Assembly: GCA_040285855.1 (NCBI GenBank)
Contig: JAUFOQ010000001.1
Location: 310,001 to 374,000 of the forward strand
Direction of reading: 5' to 3'
DNA: 64,000 bases
Origin: Eukaryota sp. GEM-RC1
Taxonomy: Eukaryota
Shown here: piece after piece, positions 12,430 to 25,332 of the stretch
Layout of the letters: the number at the start of each line of letters is the position of its first letter
Numbering within the stretch: the first letter of the stretch is position 1
Notes under the pieces: generated by a model
What the model was told of the DNA's origin: nothing
Seen by the model: the letters and a program-made list of their open reading frames with translations, nothing else
Database searches by the model: none
Position numbers and translations under genes: made by a program

Positions 12430-13039
12430 TCCTGTAATATATTGTTATTGTTGTCGAAAACAATAAATATATTTATTTATTGTCAATAAATATTGGTTAA
12501 TTTTGTTTGGTTTCTATGTGTCAATAATCAGACAAGAACAGCTCTAACATTTTTTATGATATATGAAATGTTACTCAGACTCGTCATCGTCCTAAAGGAG
12601 CTCAATAGATTGGGTAGTGAATAAGACTCTGATTGAAGATACTTCTTTGGAGTAACTCCAATTGCACAACAACAGAACAGTTTGGGTTTCCGTCGTATTA
12701 AGCAGGACAAATCGTGTCAAGTACAGATTTGAAATGTAGTGGGTAACAATTTCCTTATGTTCAGACTTAAAGAAGACTCAGATAGAATTGTATCGTGCTC
12801 AGCAACCTCCAATTGATCACTTTACACTGTGTTTCTTCAAAAATAGCACAATGTATTACTGTAAAAACAGACAAAATAGGACCCCAATATATTTAAATGT
12901 ATTGTAATACATTGCAATAATATTGTTTATTGTTTCGACCAACAATAAATATATTGTCTGTAACTCACAGAACAATAAATAGATAGATAGATATTTATTG
13001 CAATAAATACAATATAAATATATTTTTTCTCACCCCCTG
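12430..13039. mobile_element. Probable one-ended hAT-like relic with caataaatat subterminal repeats
   Basis: Clusters of caataaatat/atattg at ~12430-12500 and ~12890-13025. Ends ...ctcaccccctg (CAGGGG-type end). No matching left TIR or TSD found. Confidence 0.4.
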
Positions 13040-13177
13040 ACATGTACAAATAAATCGAGAATATATACAATATTTATGTACAATTATTTAACACTACTAG
13101 TGAGATATTCAAATTGAACAGAAATCAAATCAGTTGGTGATTCGTTTGCTCTTCGTTCAAAGAAATTCAGAGCATTT

Positions 13178-14349
13178 TCAACAACAGTACCCAAGAAGGG
13201 AAGCTCCTCGTGCCACAATTTCGTCCACTTCCAAACTTCCATCGACCTTCTGAAGACCGAACATTTGATGCAACATGCGGCGGATTTTGGGGATTCTTGT
13301 AGAACCTCCAACCAGTAGAACTTGTTGGATATCTTCCACAGTTAAATAGTTTCTAGAGAGCAACTGTTCAACTTGCGCAATGCACTGGGTAAACATATCT
13401 GAACATATTTCTTCGAAATCTGCACGACGAACAACATGAACAAAATGATGTTGACCCACTTTCAAATCAATATCAACACTCTCCTGGAAAGACAATTGTT
13501 CCTTTCCTAAGACACATTTCTTTCTGAGGGCAGTTGTCAAATATATATTGTTACGAATATTAGGACCAAATTGATCCACAGCCTTCATAACACAATCTTG
13601 ATACAGAAGATCATCAAAGTTTGAACCACCAAGATTAGCATCGCCATCAGTGTCAATTACAACATGGGACTGTTGTTCATCAGCTTTGATTATCGTAATG
13701 TCAAAAGTACTTCCACCAAGATCAAAAACAAGAAAGAGCTTGCCAACAACATCTAAGTCTGGATTTGCATGAAAAAAGGCCAAAGCAGCAGCAATTGGTT
13801 TTTCTAAAACTCTGATAACATTGAGTCCAGCAAGTATGCCAGCCCGACGTGAAGCGAGTTTTTGACTGTCATTGAAGTAAGCTGGTACAGTTACAACAGT
13901 ATCAATTTGATCGGGGTCAAGACCGAACTGGTTTTGGGCATAGGTTTTGATTCTCTTTAGAATTTCAGCACTTAAAGTATGAGCAGTAAACAACTCATTA
14001 TTGAGATTAACAACAGCCAATTCACTGGAGGGGTCCTTCTGAACTGTGAAAGGAAAGCTCCTGAAGTCATTGAGATCGATTTCAGAAAAAGGACGTCCTA
14101 TCAACCGTTTAAACTCTCGAGCTACAGTGGGTGCCTGTCTTGGATCATCGTCAATAAGTGTCAAAGCTGGAGAACCACAAATTAGCCCCCTTTCGGTACA
14201 AGCCACGGCAGATGGCATGGTGCGCTGATTTTGCAAGAATACAAGAACAGGTCTTTAGTTAGATCAAAACCGTGCACACACATTTCATTATGCCCGCATA
14301 GGAAACCACAACTATTTGTAGTTCCTAAATCGATACCAAATGTGGGCAT
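13178..14349 (-). CDS. Hsp70-like protein, nucleotide-binding domain only (~380 aa after removing a 29-nt intron)
   Basis: GIDLGTTNS, RTMPSAVA, KRLIGR, TVPAYFNDSQ, VFDLGGSTFD, LGGSNFD, LLVGGSTRIP, DEIVARGA, then stop. No substrate-binding domain. Confidence 0.8.
14253..14281 (-). other. Putative 29-nt spliceosomal intron
   Basis: GTGTGTGCACGGTTTTGATCTAACTAAAG: GT..AG with CTAAC next to the 3' splice site. Removing it joins the two Hsp70 frames as ...GHNEIPVLVFLQNQRTMPS... Confidence 0.7.
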
Positions 14350-14386
14350 TATCGCAGAAAAATGAAACTGAAGATTCCACTCCAAC

Positions 14387-14530
14387 TAGGGCTGTTAATG
14401 GGAGATGGGAGTTTCTCCCACTCCCAACACGTGTTCTCCCACTACCACTCCCACCTCCCACTTGTCATAGGTGAGACTCCCACTCCCACTCCCAACAAAT
14501 TCTCCCAACTCCCACCCAACTCCCATTTTT
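14387..14530. mobile_element. Solo hAT-type terminus
   Basis: Starts tagggctgtt, like other hAT ends in the window, followed by a ctccca subterminal array. No partner end found. Confidence 0.6.
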
Positions 14531-15747
14531 GTATCTTCTAGTACAATGACACTTTACCGATTCGGTTCCAAACCAGTTTTTTGAATTACGACATGAATAA
14601 GAGATGATGTAGATGTAGTGGTATCTATTGTATTAAAAACGATAATCGTTCCACTTTCAGTACAAGGAATTAAGTGTTTAAATGGCTTTATTTGTGCAAG
14701 TTCTTTGTATTACTGATGTCTAACAATAACCACACCATCTTCATCATCACGTCCAGAGTCGGGAAACATATTTGAATTCCCCTATTTAAATGCTGTTTAT
14801 AGATAAATAGTATTGTATGTACATGTTGCAAAACAATTTATAGTTTAAATTTTAACAATTCTGTATTTATTACAATAGTTATTTATCGAAGTAAAAATAG
14901 AAGTCGAGTAAATCCACCTTTTAAATTGACCGCCTCAATAGTTTCACTGATTGTTTTACAGTAATTAATGAACACAACAGTGTTGTTAATACATTGGTTC
15001 TATCATTGAGAAATGTGGTGCGGATATATCAAACCGCTTTGGTTCACCAAAATTTTGAAAACGACTGTTTGTACTTGATGTAGACTGCTCTGGCTGATTA
15101 AGTTGGTGGACACAGTAATGACTACTGTAGTCATTTGCAGCAGATGCAAAAAAGTGATGTCTAAAAGAATCTAAAATTGGCAAAATTTTGTGGTGTTTTA
15201 CACCAAATAAATACTTTAAACTTCGATTGTATTGAATCCATATTTTCTTCGTATACATTGTATTTCGGAAATATATATGACAATAAAAAAGTGATTATTG
15301 TAAGTAAATATCTTTTCCCGGTCCACGCCTCACCTACTTCTCCATCAGCATCATAACCAATGATATAGTGGGAAGATCAATCAATATGCTACTAATGAAA
15401 AGTAAAAGACCTTGAAACCATAACAAAAAGTTGCCATCATCACATATGATATTCCCATAAAATTAATGATTGAAAACAACTACAGATAGAGATGGGGGCA
15501 TTTGCAACTCGGATTCTCCAAACGTGAAATGTTTAACATGTGAGCAAAACTGCAGTAGAGATAAATGTACAAGCTCTCAAGAATTTGCTCGCTGATTTTG
15601 ACCATCATGATATCTGGTCCGGTAATCATCTAATAACACAATTTATCAATTAATTGTACAAAGTACAGAAGAACTGGTTTCTCCCCCTTCGAACTGATTT
15701 TTGAAACTGATTCCACTATTGACCCAAGATGTCCACCCACTAATCTG

Positions 15748-16832
15748 TTACATGTAAAAATAAATCGCAACAGCTTCAGGGAAAAAGTTAAAAACTAATT
15801 CATCTTTGGTTTTCTCTTTTTGAGAATCATTTGTGACTGGCATATCTGAATGTATGTTCCACCCTTCAACGACTTCTTGAGAATTCTTCAGCTCATGAAG
15901 TACTTCATTAACAGAAGGACGCTCACCATGATTAACAGAAACACATTTGTTGATCAAAGAAGCGATTCCGAAAGGAAAACCATCAGGAAAAGGAAACAAA
16001 TGTTGATGTTTTTTCGCTTCCATGATTTCATGAACAGTCATATTATCAAAAGCCAGTTTGTTGGTAAACATTTCATAGAACATCACTCCCAAACTATAAA
16101 CATCGTATGCTGGGCCGTAGACCTTCTGAAACGCTTCTGGGGGAGTATATTTCGGTGTTACCTGAAGAGTAGAAGTATTGTACATTGAGCTAGCAGAACC
16201 AAAATCAGCGAGTTTAACTTTGGAATTCACAATAATTATGTTCTGGGGTTTTACATCGTGATGCACAATTCCTTTTGAATGCAAGTACTTCACGGCAGTA
16301 TAGATTTCAATGGCTTGAGAAAGAATAGAGGGAGACAGAGACGTTGGAACTTGTAGATGTCCAGATCCAAGTTCCATCACAATACCGATATGTCTTGGAA
16401 GTCTTGTGATACCAAACACTCGAAGGATAAAAGGATGAGACAGAGAGGCCATGTGGGAGACTTCTCGAAGCAAGTTTTCTTCTTCCAGTTCAGCGTTGCG
16501 CACCAACTTTAGAGCCACAGTTGTATCAGCCCATTCTGCAAGATAAACAGAACCACTTACACCGCTTCCCAACTCGTTAGCAACATCAGTGGTGATCTCA
16601 TCGGGGGGAAACTCTGGCAAAGCGGCAGGATTCTTGGATAATCTGCCAGCCGCTTCACGTAAAACATAAGATGGGACAACATCATTAAGAACAGCTTCTC
16701 GTCTACAAATCGGACATTTCTCATTGCGCTCAAACCAATTAGATATACAGAGAAGGCAAAAGAGTGTCCACACAGCAGTAACACAGCGTCTTTGAAAGTT
16801 GTGTCGCATATAGAACAATCGAGGTAAAACAT
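15748..16832 (-). CDS. RING-finger + non-RD protein kinase, one frameshift in the RING
   Basis: CSIC...CGHSF/CLLC...CPICR with a 1-base shift in a T-run near 16760. GSGVSG, VALK, HHDVKPQN, DFG, YTPPE, DVYSLG. The true 3' end is uncertain. Confidence 0.8.
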
Positions 16833-16908
16833 TTTGAAGAAAAGTGTTTTTGCACTTGGATTTGGTCAGCAGTGAACGCTAACACGTTCAAAAATCGAAT
16901 CTAACGGG

Positions 16909-19900
16909 TCTTAGTCATATGAATAGAGAAAAGTGAATTTATTATACAAATAGGTCCTGATGAGTCATGACACTAACATTACTTCTTCCCCCTTTTCGAG
17001 GACCTAGTCCTCTTAGCAGGTGGTGTAGTGAGAATGACGGAATTAGGAGTGTTACTAGAGTTCGAGTTACGATTACGACTACTTCTAGGTTTAGATTTGG
17101 GTTTGGCGTCAGGATTTAGTTTAATAAAACTTGAGTAAGCCTTAGTGTTCTTAACCAGACTTAGAGGTTCCTCAGTAGTATCGCCATCAAACCATACGAC
17201 GGAACATATGGGACCTGTAGGTGAATCACGTTGATCAAGGATCTCGATGATGACCATCTCTTCAGAGTCACAAGAGGCTACAGCTTTGTGGAACTCATCA
17301 GAGGAGGGTTTGTCGGATAGGTACTTGGTGCATAGATGAATGCTGGAGCGGAAGCGATGTCCGGTGACAAAGTTCTGCAGTTCAAGTGAGCTTTTAGAAG
17401 GGATGTCGATGACGAGGTACGGTCCCTCTTGTTTGCCATGAAGCTTCTTAGCAGCTTTGTTACTTCGTAGTACTAGGTCACCGATAGCGAATAGCGAGGG
17501 TGTATCATCCGTAGTAATGGAAGATTTGATAGATGATTGGGTGGTTTCTGCTTCTTCCCGTTTTTTCAAAATTCTTGTTAATTTTGATTGGTAATCAGCT
17601 AGAAACGAATCTTCTGATATCTTGTTCTGAGTGAGACAAGAGATGATTTTACTTGGATCACTACCAGGGTTGGTGTTAGATCCAAACATCAATTCGTACG
17701 GTGTAAAGCCGGTTACTCTACTCTTCGTAGTGTTTACCAGCAGTTGTACTAGTGGGATGTATTTACTCCAGTTGTCATAGTCATTGAAGTCTATGAGCAT
17801 CTTTCGTAAAGCTTGTAGAATGTCTCTGTGTCGACGTTCAACTAAACCGTTGCTAGGGGAGAAACTAGGTATAGATTTATTAGTTGTGATGTCGAATTGC
17901 TTGCAGACATCATTGAAAACGTGATTAGCAAATTCTTTGCCATTATCACTGTGAATGAGATCTGGAATGCCGAAGATGGCGCAAACGTTACACACTAACG
18001 AATATGCTGTCTCATGAGCATTCAGTTCCTTTAGTGGACATAGGATTGTGAATCTGGTGAAGGAATCTATGAACACTAGTAAGTAAATGTTTCCCGATGT
18101 GTCAGTGGGAAGTGGTCCTATAGTGTCGACGTTCATCTTTGCAAATGGTTTGTCGGACCACAAATTACCTGAAGATTTGATAGTTGTTTTGGCAAGGGGA
18201 GCTGTCTTTTGACAAGCTGGACATTGCTTGCAGTGAGTTTTCATGTCGTTGATCATGCTGGGCCAGAAGTAGTCACTAGATTTTAGCCGATCAATGCTAT
18301 CTTTAATGCTAGGGTGACCTGCATGTGGAAAACCGTGTAAGTGGTTCAAGGTGGTTTTCACCAAGGCACTTGGTATCAAGATCTTGTTGTTGCTATTCAT
18401 GTATAGCTGGAACTCTTCATTAAACCAAGTAGACGGATGTTGGAACAATGGATCGTTATTTTTGATGGCTTCTACTTGTGTAGAGCGTACTTTCGAAAGC
18501 CAAGCGTCGAATAACTTTGATTTGTTGATCAGAGCATCGTCAATCATATTGATCGACTCTGTTGATAAAGTTTGATATTCTGTATCCTCATCAGTAGGAC
18601 ATAGGCTATCGGTTATAGAGAACAAATGCTCTGGGCAGTTTGTGACTATGTTGTTTATAGACCCTGTTGGTACGTCTTTGATAACGTTGCGTGACATCAT
18701 GTCAGCCCAATGGTTGTCTTCGCCACTGGTGTGGACTATAGTGAATAGGTATTCGCTGAGAATAGGGATCCATCTTTTGACCATCCTATTCTTTTCGGGT
18801 GCTGAGATTAAGTAAGCTAGGTTCTTATGATCTGTGAAGATCGTTAGTTCCCTGCTGATAAGGTACGACGACAGTTGGGATTCGGTTAGAATCAGGAGAA
18901 TGGCGTACAATTCCTTTTGGATCGTGGCCCAGTTCTGTTGAGAGTCAGTGAGTAGTTTGCTGTAGAATGCTAGTGGTTCTACTTTGCGTTCGTTCAGTGG
19001 AGTTCCCTCAGGAGCATGAGGAGTGCATTCCAACCAGACGACGCCACCTACGGCGATATCGCTGGCATCTGCGCTAATCAGTATGCGTCTGTCTTTGTCT
19101 GGTAGACATAGGGGCATGTGATTGATTATCCTATTTTTGATCTCGTCAAAATTTGATTGGAGTTGAGGTGTCCAGTGAACTGTTCGTGCTTTGTTCTTTA
19201 CTAGGGCTATAATGGGAGCTAGTAAGTCAGATGCATCTGCTATAAAATCTTTGATGTAGTTGATAGAACCGACGAAACTTCGAACTTCTTTGATGGTGGT
19301 CGGTGTTGGTATGTTTATCAGAGCTTCTACACGTTTTGAATCGATTCGACGAGTGTTGTCGATGTATTCGCAACCTAAGATAGTTATAGGATGATTCTTT
19401 GTTATGAACTTGCACTTGTGTAAGCTCTCTCAAGAACGAATTTTATTCTAGATATGTATTCATCAAAAGTCTTAGCGACTATGATGATGTCATCGATGTA
19501 AATGAATATACCTTCGTGGTCGAAAGTATCCATCATCAAATTTTGAAAGATTGCAGGCACGTTCTTTAGACCAAAACAAGCTCGTTTAAATCGAATGGCT
19601 AGGCCATGGATAACTAGAGTTGTTTTGTCGCGTTCGTGGTCTGCGAGATTCACTCTGCCAAAATGCTTTTGGCAGGTCGAGAGTGGCTATGTAGTTAGCT
19701 TCACTCAGAAATTCCTGTATGTCTGCGATTCTCGGTAGATTCGGTTGGACAGGTTTAGTAAGTTCGTTGACTCCTCCAGTACCACTGAAGTCACCCGTAA
19801 GTCTAGGCTTACGATGATCGGGGTATACCACAAGTACTACCGGGGAGCTGAATTTTCCGTTGGGTGTAGTATACTCAGCGTATCCCAAACGTACTAGTTC

Positions 19901-20729
19901 ATGAAAAGTTTCTTCGGCTATCCTTTGTTTGATAGGATTAAGCCTCCGAGGTTTTCGTTTCACCGTGGACTCTTCGTCGTAGAAGTCAATTGTCATCGGT
20001 GGACAATTGATGCCATCTTTGTGAGGAACGGAATCGAAGATAGTTGAGAACTCGCTAAGGAGGTTCAGTAAACGATTGGTTCTATCATCGTCATCTAATT
20101 TGATTGAACAGCCGGAATCATAAACAAATTTATTGAAATCTATATTGTCTATAATAGAAAGGCTATTGGGCATAGATATGTTTGAGTCGAACTCTGACTC
20201 GTCGTTGCTATGAGCTAACATAGTCTGTTGAACCGGGATGATTAGTCCCTCTTCAGTCAGTAAACCTAACTGCTTCATGAGATCAATACCTAACAAACAT
20301 TTGTTGGATCCAGGGATGATAGGTAAAGTCTTCGTCACAGATGTTAGGTGTGTCACCTTACAGAACTTGAAGGTCAAGATCCCTTGGGCGCTACCCAGTG
20401 AGTGAGATCTGACGTTGTTTGCAGATGTGAATGGTACGTTCTTGTTAATGAACTTCATTGAACATCTATCGACCAGGTCTCGTGTGATTACGGACATTGA
20501 TGCTCCACTGTCCCAAAGACCCTGAATCGAAACACCATTGATGGTCAGACTGCAGCTGAGGAATGGTGGTGGATCCTGGTGATCGATTATGCTGAATATT
20601 GAATTCAGGCTTAGTGAGTTCGTACCACTCTAATTACTGATGTTGTGGAGTGGGTTTATGTATGGATTATGTTAATCCGACGATGATGTGTTATCATTGT
20701 GAATAGTGTTTATCGATTGCACGAAATAC
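16909..20729 (-). mobile_element. 5'-truncated Ty3/gypsy (chromodomain) LTR retrotransposon
   Basis: Protease (LWDSGAS), RT (KPRLTGDF, YIDD), RNase H (ADASD), integrase (HHCC, D-D-E) and degenerate chromodomain. PPT aagggggaagaag, then a 3' LTR starting TGTTAG at 16978 (far end uncertain). gag and 5' LTR are lost at the hAT at 20730. Confidence 0.9.
16979..20560 (-). pseudogene. Gypsy pol (PR-RT-RH-INT-chromo) with frameshifts
   Basis: ORFs 19586-20497, 19402-19653 and 16979-19117 are collinear with the pol at 47380-51100. Confidence 0.88.
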
Positions 20730-23305
20730 TAGGACTGTCCAAAGTTCGGTTCACCCATCGGTTCGAACTGGTTCGAACTGGTCTGACCCAGTCCGGTCCT
20801 TCTTGGTTCACTGGTTCAGGTTCCCCATTTTCATGGACCGAACCGGAACCGGTCCGAACCAGTCCGAACCGATCTTTTATTTAAACTCTTGTCAGTGGTA
20901 AAAGCAACTTTTTCGAAGATATACTGTATTGGACACAGTGATCACAATGTGACAATCTAACTGAAACAATCAATAAATTAGTGTAGGATTATTCTTGAAA
21001 TTCTTGTCCCCTAATGGCCCTTAACGCTAATCCTCCTCCAGAGTTTTCATCTCCTGCTTCACGTAAGGAAGCATGGATTTGGAACTACTTCACCCGCCTT
21101 GAGGACAAACGTGCTCGCTGCAACGCTGAAGGTTGTGAGAAACACAAAGAACCTTATGCAGCAACCACAGGGAATAGTACTATTGTACGACATCTTCAGA
21201 ACCACCACAATGATATTCTTCAACCCAATGAACGGAAGGAAAGTCTTCAGAATGTCCAAGTCCTCACAACTTTCCTGCAAAAGCGTAAGCAAGACGCCGA
21301 GTGTGATCCAACAGTACTGCAAAACGTATTTGCTTTTGTTCTCCAGCTTATTGTCGAACAAGATCTTCCCTTCTCCTTTGTAGAAAGTCCAGCTCTAAGA
21401 AATCTGCTTCTTTACTGTGTTCCCAACATCCCTTCTTTGCCGTCACGTCAAACAGTCCAACGTCGTATTGTTGCTGCTCATAACCTGATGGAAACACGTC
21501 TAAAGACTTTCTTACAAAATCTCGATGCCCATGTATCTCTAACAATTGATCTCTGGACATCACCAGCACAAAAATCGTTTATGGGTATAACTCTGCATTT
21601 TGTTGACAGTGATTTTGAAATTAAGTCACTTGTTCTTATGATGAGAATGATGCCAAATCCTCATACAGGTGTCACCATCAAGAACTTTGTACTCGCTGCG
21701 ATAACAGAATTCGGCTTGGAAACAAAATTAAAGGGAATTACATTCGACAATGGTCGTAATGTTGTGTCTGCCATGAACAAATTGAAGGAACACTTTGAAC
21801 AAAATTTAAGATCAAAAATTGTTTTAAGACGGTGTTGTGCCCATATTATCAATGTTGTTGTCAAAACGTTGAATAATAAGCAGCCAAATGATACTGTGCC
21901 ATTAGAAGAAGTTGAATTGTCTGATATTGATGTTCCTGTTGCTTCAATGGATGTGAATATTTCCAATACTATCACCAGAGTCCGTGGTTTTGTTTCAAAA
22001 TTACACCAATCAAATGTTGTAAACGAAGATTACAGAACTGCTTTCGAACAACAAATAGGTTCAAAAGTTGTTGGAATTCCTCAGGACGTGGCAACCAGAT
22101 GGAATAGCACATATTTGATGATTTCCAAATATTTGAAGTACTTAGCTGTGGTTGATGTAGCAATTGATACATCAAGACATCCAAAATTCCGTAAACTGAA
22201 ATTGACCCAAATTGAGAGAGATGCATTAACTGAAGTTGTCCGCTTCTTAAAGCCCTTTTATCAAGTTACCACAAAACTCTCTGGTTTCAAATACATGTAT
22301 TGTTCCGATGGAATCGCTTTATTTTATATGTCCAAATTGAAAGACCATCTTGTCAATCATCTTCAATCCGATCGTGCTCCTCATTGGATCAGAACAGCAG
22401 CTGATCTTATGCTCACAAAACTGACAACATACTGGGAATTTATTGCAGATGAGGACATGGTTGTTAGTGGTTTACTAGATCCAAGAATTCGAAAAGAAGA
22501 ATTGCCTGATACACCAGCTATTAGGCAGCATGTGGAAAATTTTGAATCTAACTTGGAAGATGAAGAGTTGTTTATTCCGTCTGACGATGAAAGCTCAGAA
22601 GACGAAGATATCTTTACCGAACCAGCTCGAAAGTGCAGCAGAAGAGAAAAAATCAGAAAAGGAAGAATTTACGCTGTATTGTGTTGAGTCATTAGTTCGT
22701 CAAAGCTATGACGCCGTTGAATGGTGGAAAAATGAAGGATCGAAAAGGTACCCATTGTTAGCAAAACGAGCAAGAAGTGTTTTATCTGTACAGGCAACTT
22801 CAGTACCTTCTGAGCAACTATTCTCAGCAGCTGGACGAACCGTAAATGACAAGCGAGCATCTTTAAGTGACAGTAGTGTTTCCGCTTTAGTGGGTCTTAA
22901 GTCATTGATGAAATTCTTCAAGGAAGAAGGTTTAGTGGAAGACAATGAAGCAGTGGATTATGAGTCAGAAATGAATGAATAGAAGTCTTCAAGGTGCTCA
23001 TCCACCTTTAGTTTTAGTATTGTTGAATTTTTGATGAGTTTCTCAAAATAAAATTATAATGATTATGATAAATAATGAAAACCAAAATCATATGCAAAAA
23101 TATTGTAATTTGTAGTATCTTAACTTTCTTTATTTAGCGTTTTTTTTCAAAAGAAGTTATAGATGTTATTGAAATTGTACAGACCGGTCCAGACCGGTTC
23201 AAGCTCAGGTTCCTAAAAGTGGTGAACCGAACCAGTTTAGGTTCCAAATAATTGAGGACCGTGAACTGAACCGAACTGAACCGAACTGAACTGTGGACAG
23301 CCCTA
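20730..23305 (+). mobile_element. hAT transposon (2576 bp) without matching TSD
   Basis: TIRs taggactgtccaaagttc / gaactgtggacagcccta with gaacc/gaact subterminal repeats. Flanks cgaaatac and gttcataa do not match. Confidence 0.9.
21014..22982 (+). CDS. hAT transposase with BED finger and dimerisation domain; one frameshift near 22650
   Basis: WIWNYF...ARCNAEGC...RHLQNHH, LTIDLWTS, ITFDNGRN, RCCAH, TRWNST, LLDPR. Second frame WWK...YPLLAKRARSVLSVQATSVPSEQLFS. The shift is at an A-run. Confidence 0.88.
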
Positions 23306-24242
23306 GTTCATAATCATTAAAAAAAATCATTTATGGGAACTTGATGTGAGGGGTGGAATTGTCTAAAATTCTATCAGCCCAACCAAAAATAATCTGACGC
23401 TAATAATGACATTTGACTTGTTGATTCTTCCATGTGTCAAACATGTGTAACATCGTTTTTGAATTTGGCAAAGTGCTTGTTTGCGTACCGTAATTGGAAG
23501 TGAATAAGACAGTATTGATCTAGACAATACTCTAATCTAATTGAAGATATTAGATAAAAATTGTCAGTTGCTTCTAGATTTGAAAGAGAAAGACGTCTTA
23601 TGAAAGAATGGTTTATTACATAAAAAATGAAGCTGTGTATCCAAGTCGTGGTGTCATTCAATGGAGACAAGAAATTTTGATCGTTTAGGACTTGACACCA
23701 AGCTAGTTGGTTTTCGAGTAATTGTAAAAAATTTAATTATGTCGATCGTACGGTAATCCAGACAGTGATTGGTCATCCTTTAATAAAACCGAACCCGTTG
23801 TCCGGTTTGAGTACGGACGGACTTACGATTTTTCGAAAGTAACCGTAGAAATTTCTGGTTGGGTAAGAATTGGTCTACTGCCTAATGAGTGAAAAAGAAG
23901 AAATTTACGTTCGATAACTGTGTCGTTGCATACAACGTCTCACCCGCTGATTACACTGCTTTTAAGAAAGTGTTTGAAAAAAAGAAGTCCGTTTCTTTGA
24001 CATCAAACAATTACAGAATTGAATCCCATGCTTAGTGGACTAGATAACCAAATCTTTGATACAAGGGACACGCGAAACCAGTCTGTAGTAAGTTGTGGAA
24101 AGCTGATAGTTGAAGAACTTAAGAATTGGTGTGATATTAAAGAGAGAATTTTAATATAACCTTTTTCATGTATATCACAATCAGCGTCCACAACAATGCC
24201 AACGCCATTAAAATGATCAGAAGTTCGGAGATGTGTATGCAA

Positions 24243-24727
24243 CAGTGTTCGAAGACACGCGTGGACACGTTTGGACACGGACACGGTGTCTTTTCAAAAA
24301 CACGCAAAAAGACACACAAAAAGACACGGCGTGTGAACGTGTTTTTCTGCAAAAACCTAGAAAACATCGGAAGTGCCCTTATATTTCCCTCGATATTGTT
24401 TGCCTTAAATGTTTTTCTATATGTTATACAACAATAGACTACAATGCTATCAAAAAGTGGCAAAAATACTGACACATTGAGCTCTCAATCGCAAATTCAA
24501 CTCGACAGAACCACAGAATCCAATATTCAGTGATAAGATGTCAGTTAAAAGCCAGAATTGGCCCAAAACAATGTTTATATAATCAAACTCTGCATCATGG
24601 AACAGAAACGTTTTTTCAAAAAAGCACACAAAGACATCCAAAAGACACATCAAAGACACCGTGTGGACACGCGTGTTAACACCGACACGGTGTCTTTTAA
24701 AAAACATGTGGGAAATTTCGAACACTG
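24243..24727. mobile_element. hAT-type MITE (485 bp)
   Basis: TIR cagtgttcgaa / ttcgaacactg. Perfect TSD gtatgcaa (24235-24242, 24728-24735). gacac subterminal repeats. Confidence 0.9.
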
Positions 24728-25223
24728 GTATGCAAATGGTTAAGCAAGAAATTTATTCCCAAACATTGCTGGTTTAACCAAATACAACTATCACAATATT
24801 AATGATAAACTCCAGATAGACTTTACTTAATGGATATACATGAAATTAGGTATTGACACTTTTTTGAGTACCTTTTACCGCACATGTTATCTAAGAAACC
24901 ACTTCTAATAACTTGAACAGTTGTTAACCAACAATACATAGCCAAGCATTTCATCTCCTAAAAAAGTGTAACATTAAGATCTTTCACAAGTAATATAATT
25001 TTTCAACTTTTATGGAGGACAAATATTCGTGTTTCATCAACTCATTGTAGTATGTTTTAACTTGTTCCCTGAGTGTTATACTATAGGTTTATGGGTGTAT
25101 AATGTGATTTAAATGATAGGTTCACATTTCATAACCAATGATCTAATTGACAACCATCAGTCTCAAAACCTGCTAGTTAGTTGTTTTAGAGTGTTTGGGT
25201 AGAAGAATGTTGTGTAACAAAGT

Positions 25224-25296
25224 CTTAAGGGCATATATATTGCTTAACGGCATATATGTGTCTTAAGGCAATATATCTGTCTTAAGGCAATATAAT
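25224..25296. repeat. Short degenerate tandem repeat (~20-bp unit gtcttaaggcaatatat) upstream of a gag-like start
   Basis: About four imperfect copies visible. Confidence 0.6.
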
Positions 25297-25332
25297 TTTT
25301 TGTGGGTATTGGAATCAACACATATTCTTACA

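Noticed and set aside
24003..24743. Cluster of short overlapping ORFs
   Set aside because: They arise from the repetitive MITE sequence and its flanks; no protein motifs.
2336..25296. CRISPR-like arrays (45-bp repeat, gaact/gacac/ctccca clusters, 25224 repeat)
   Set aside because: No unique spacers and no cas genes. They are explained as a coding repeat, transposon subterminal repeats or a short tandem repeat.
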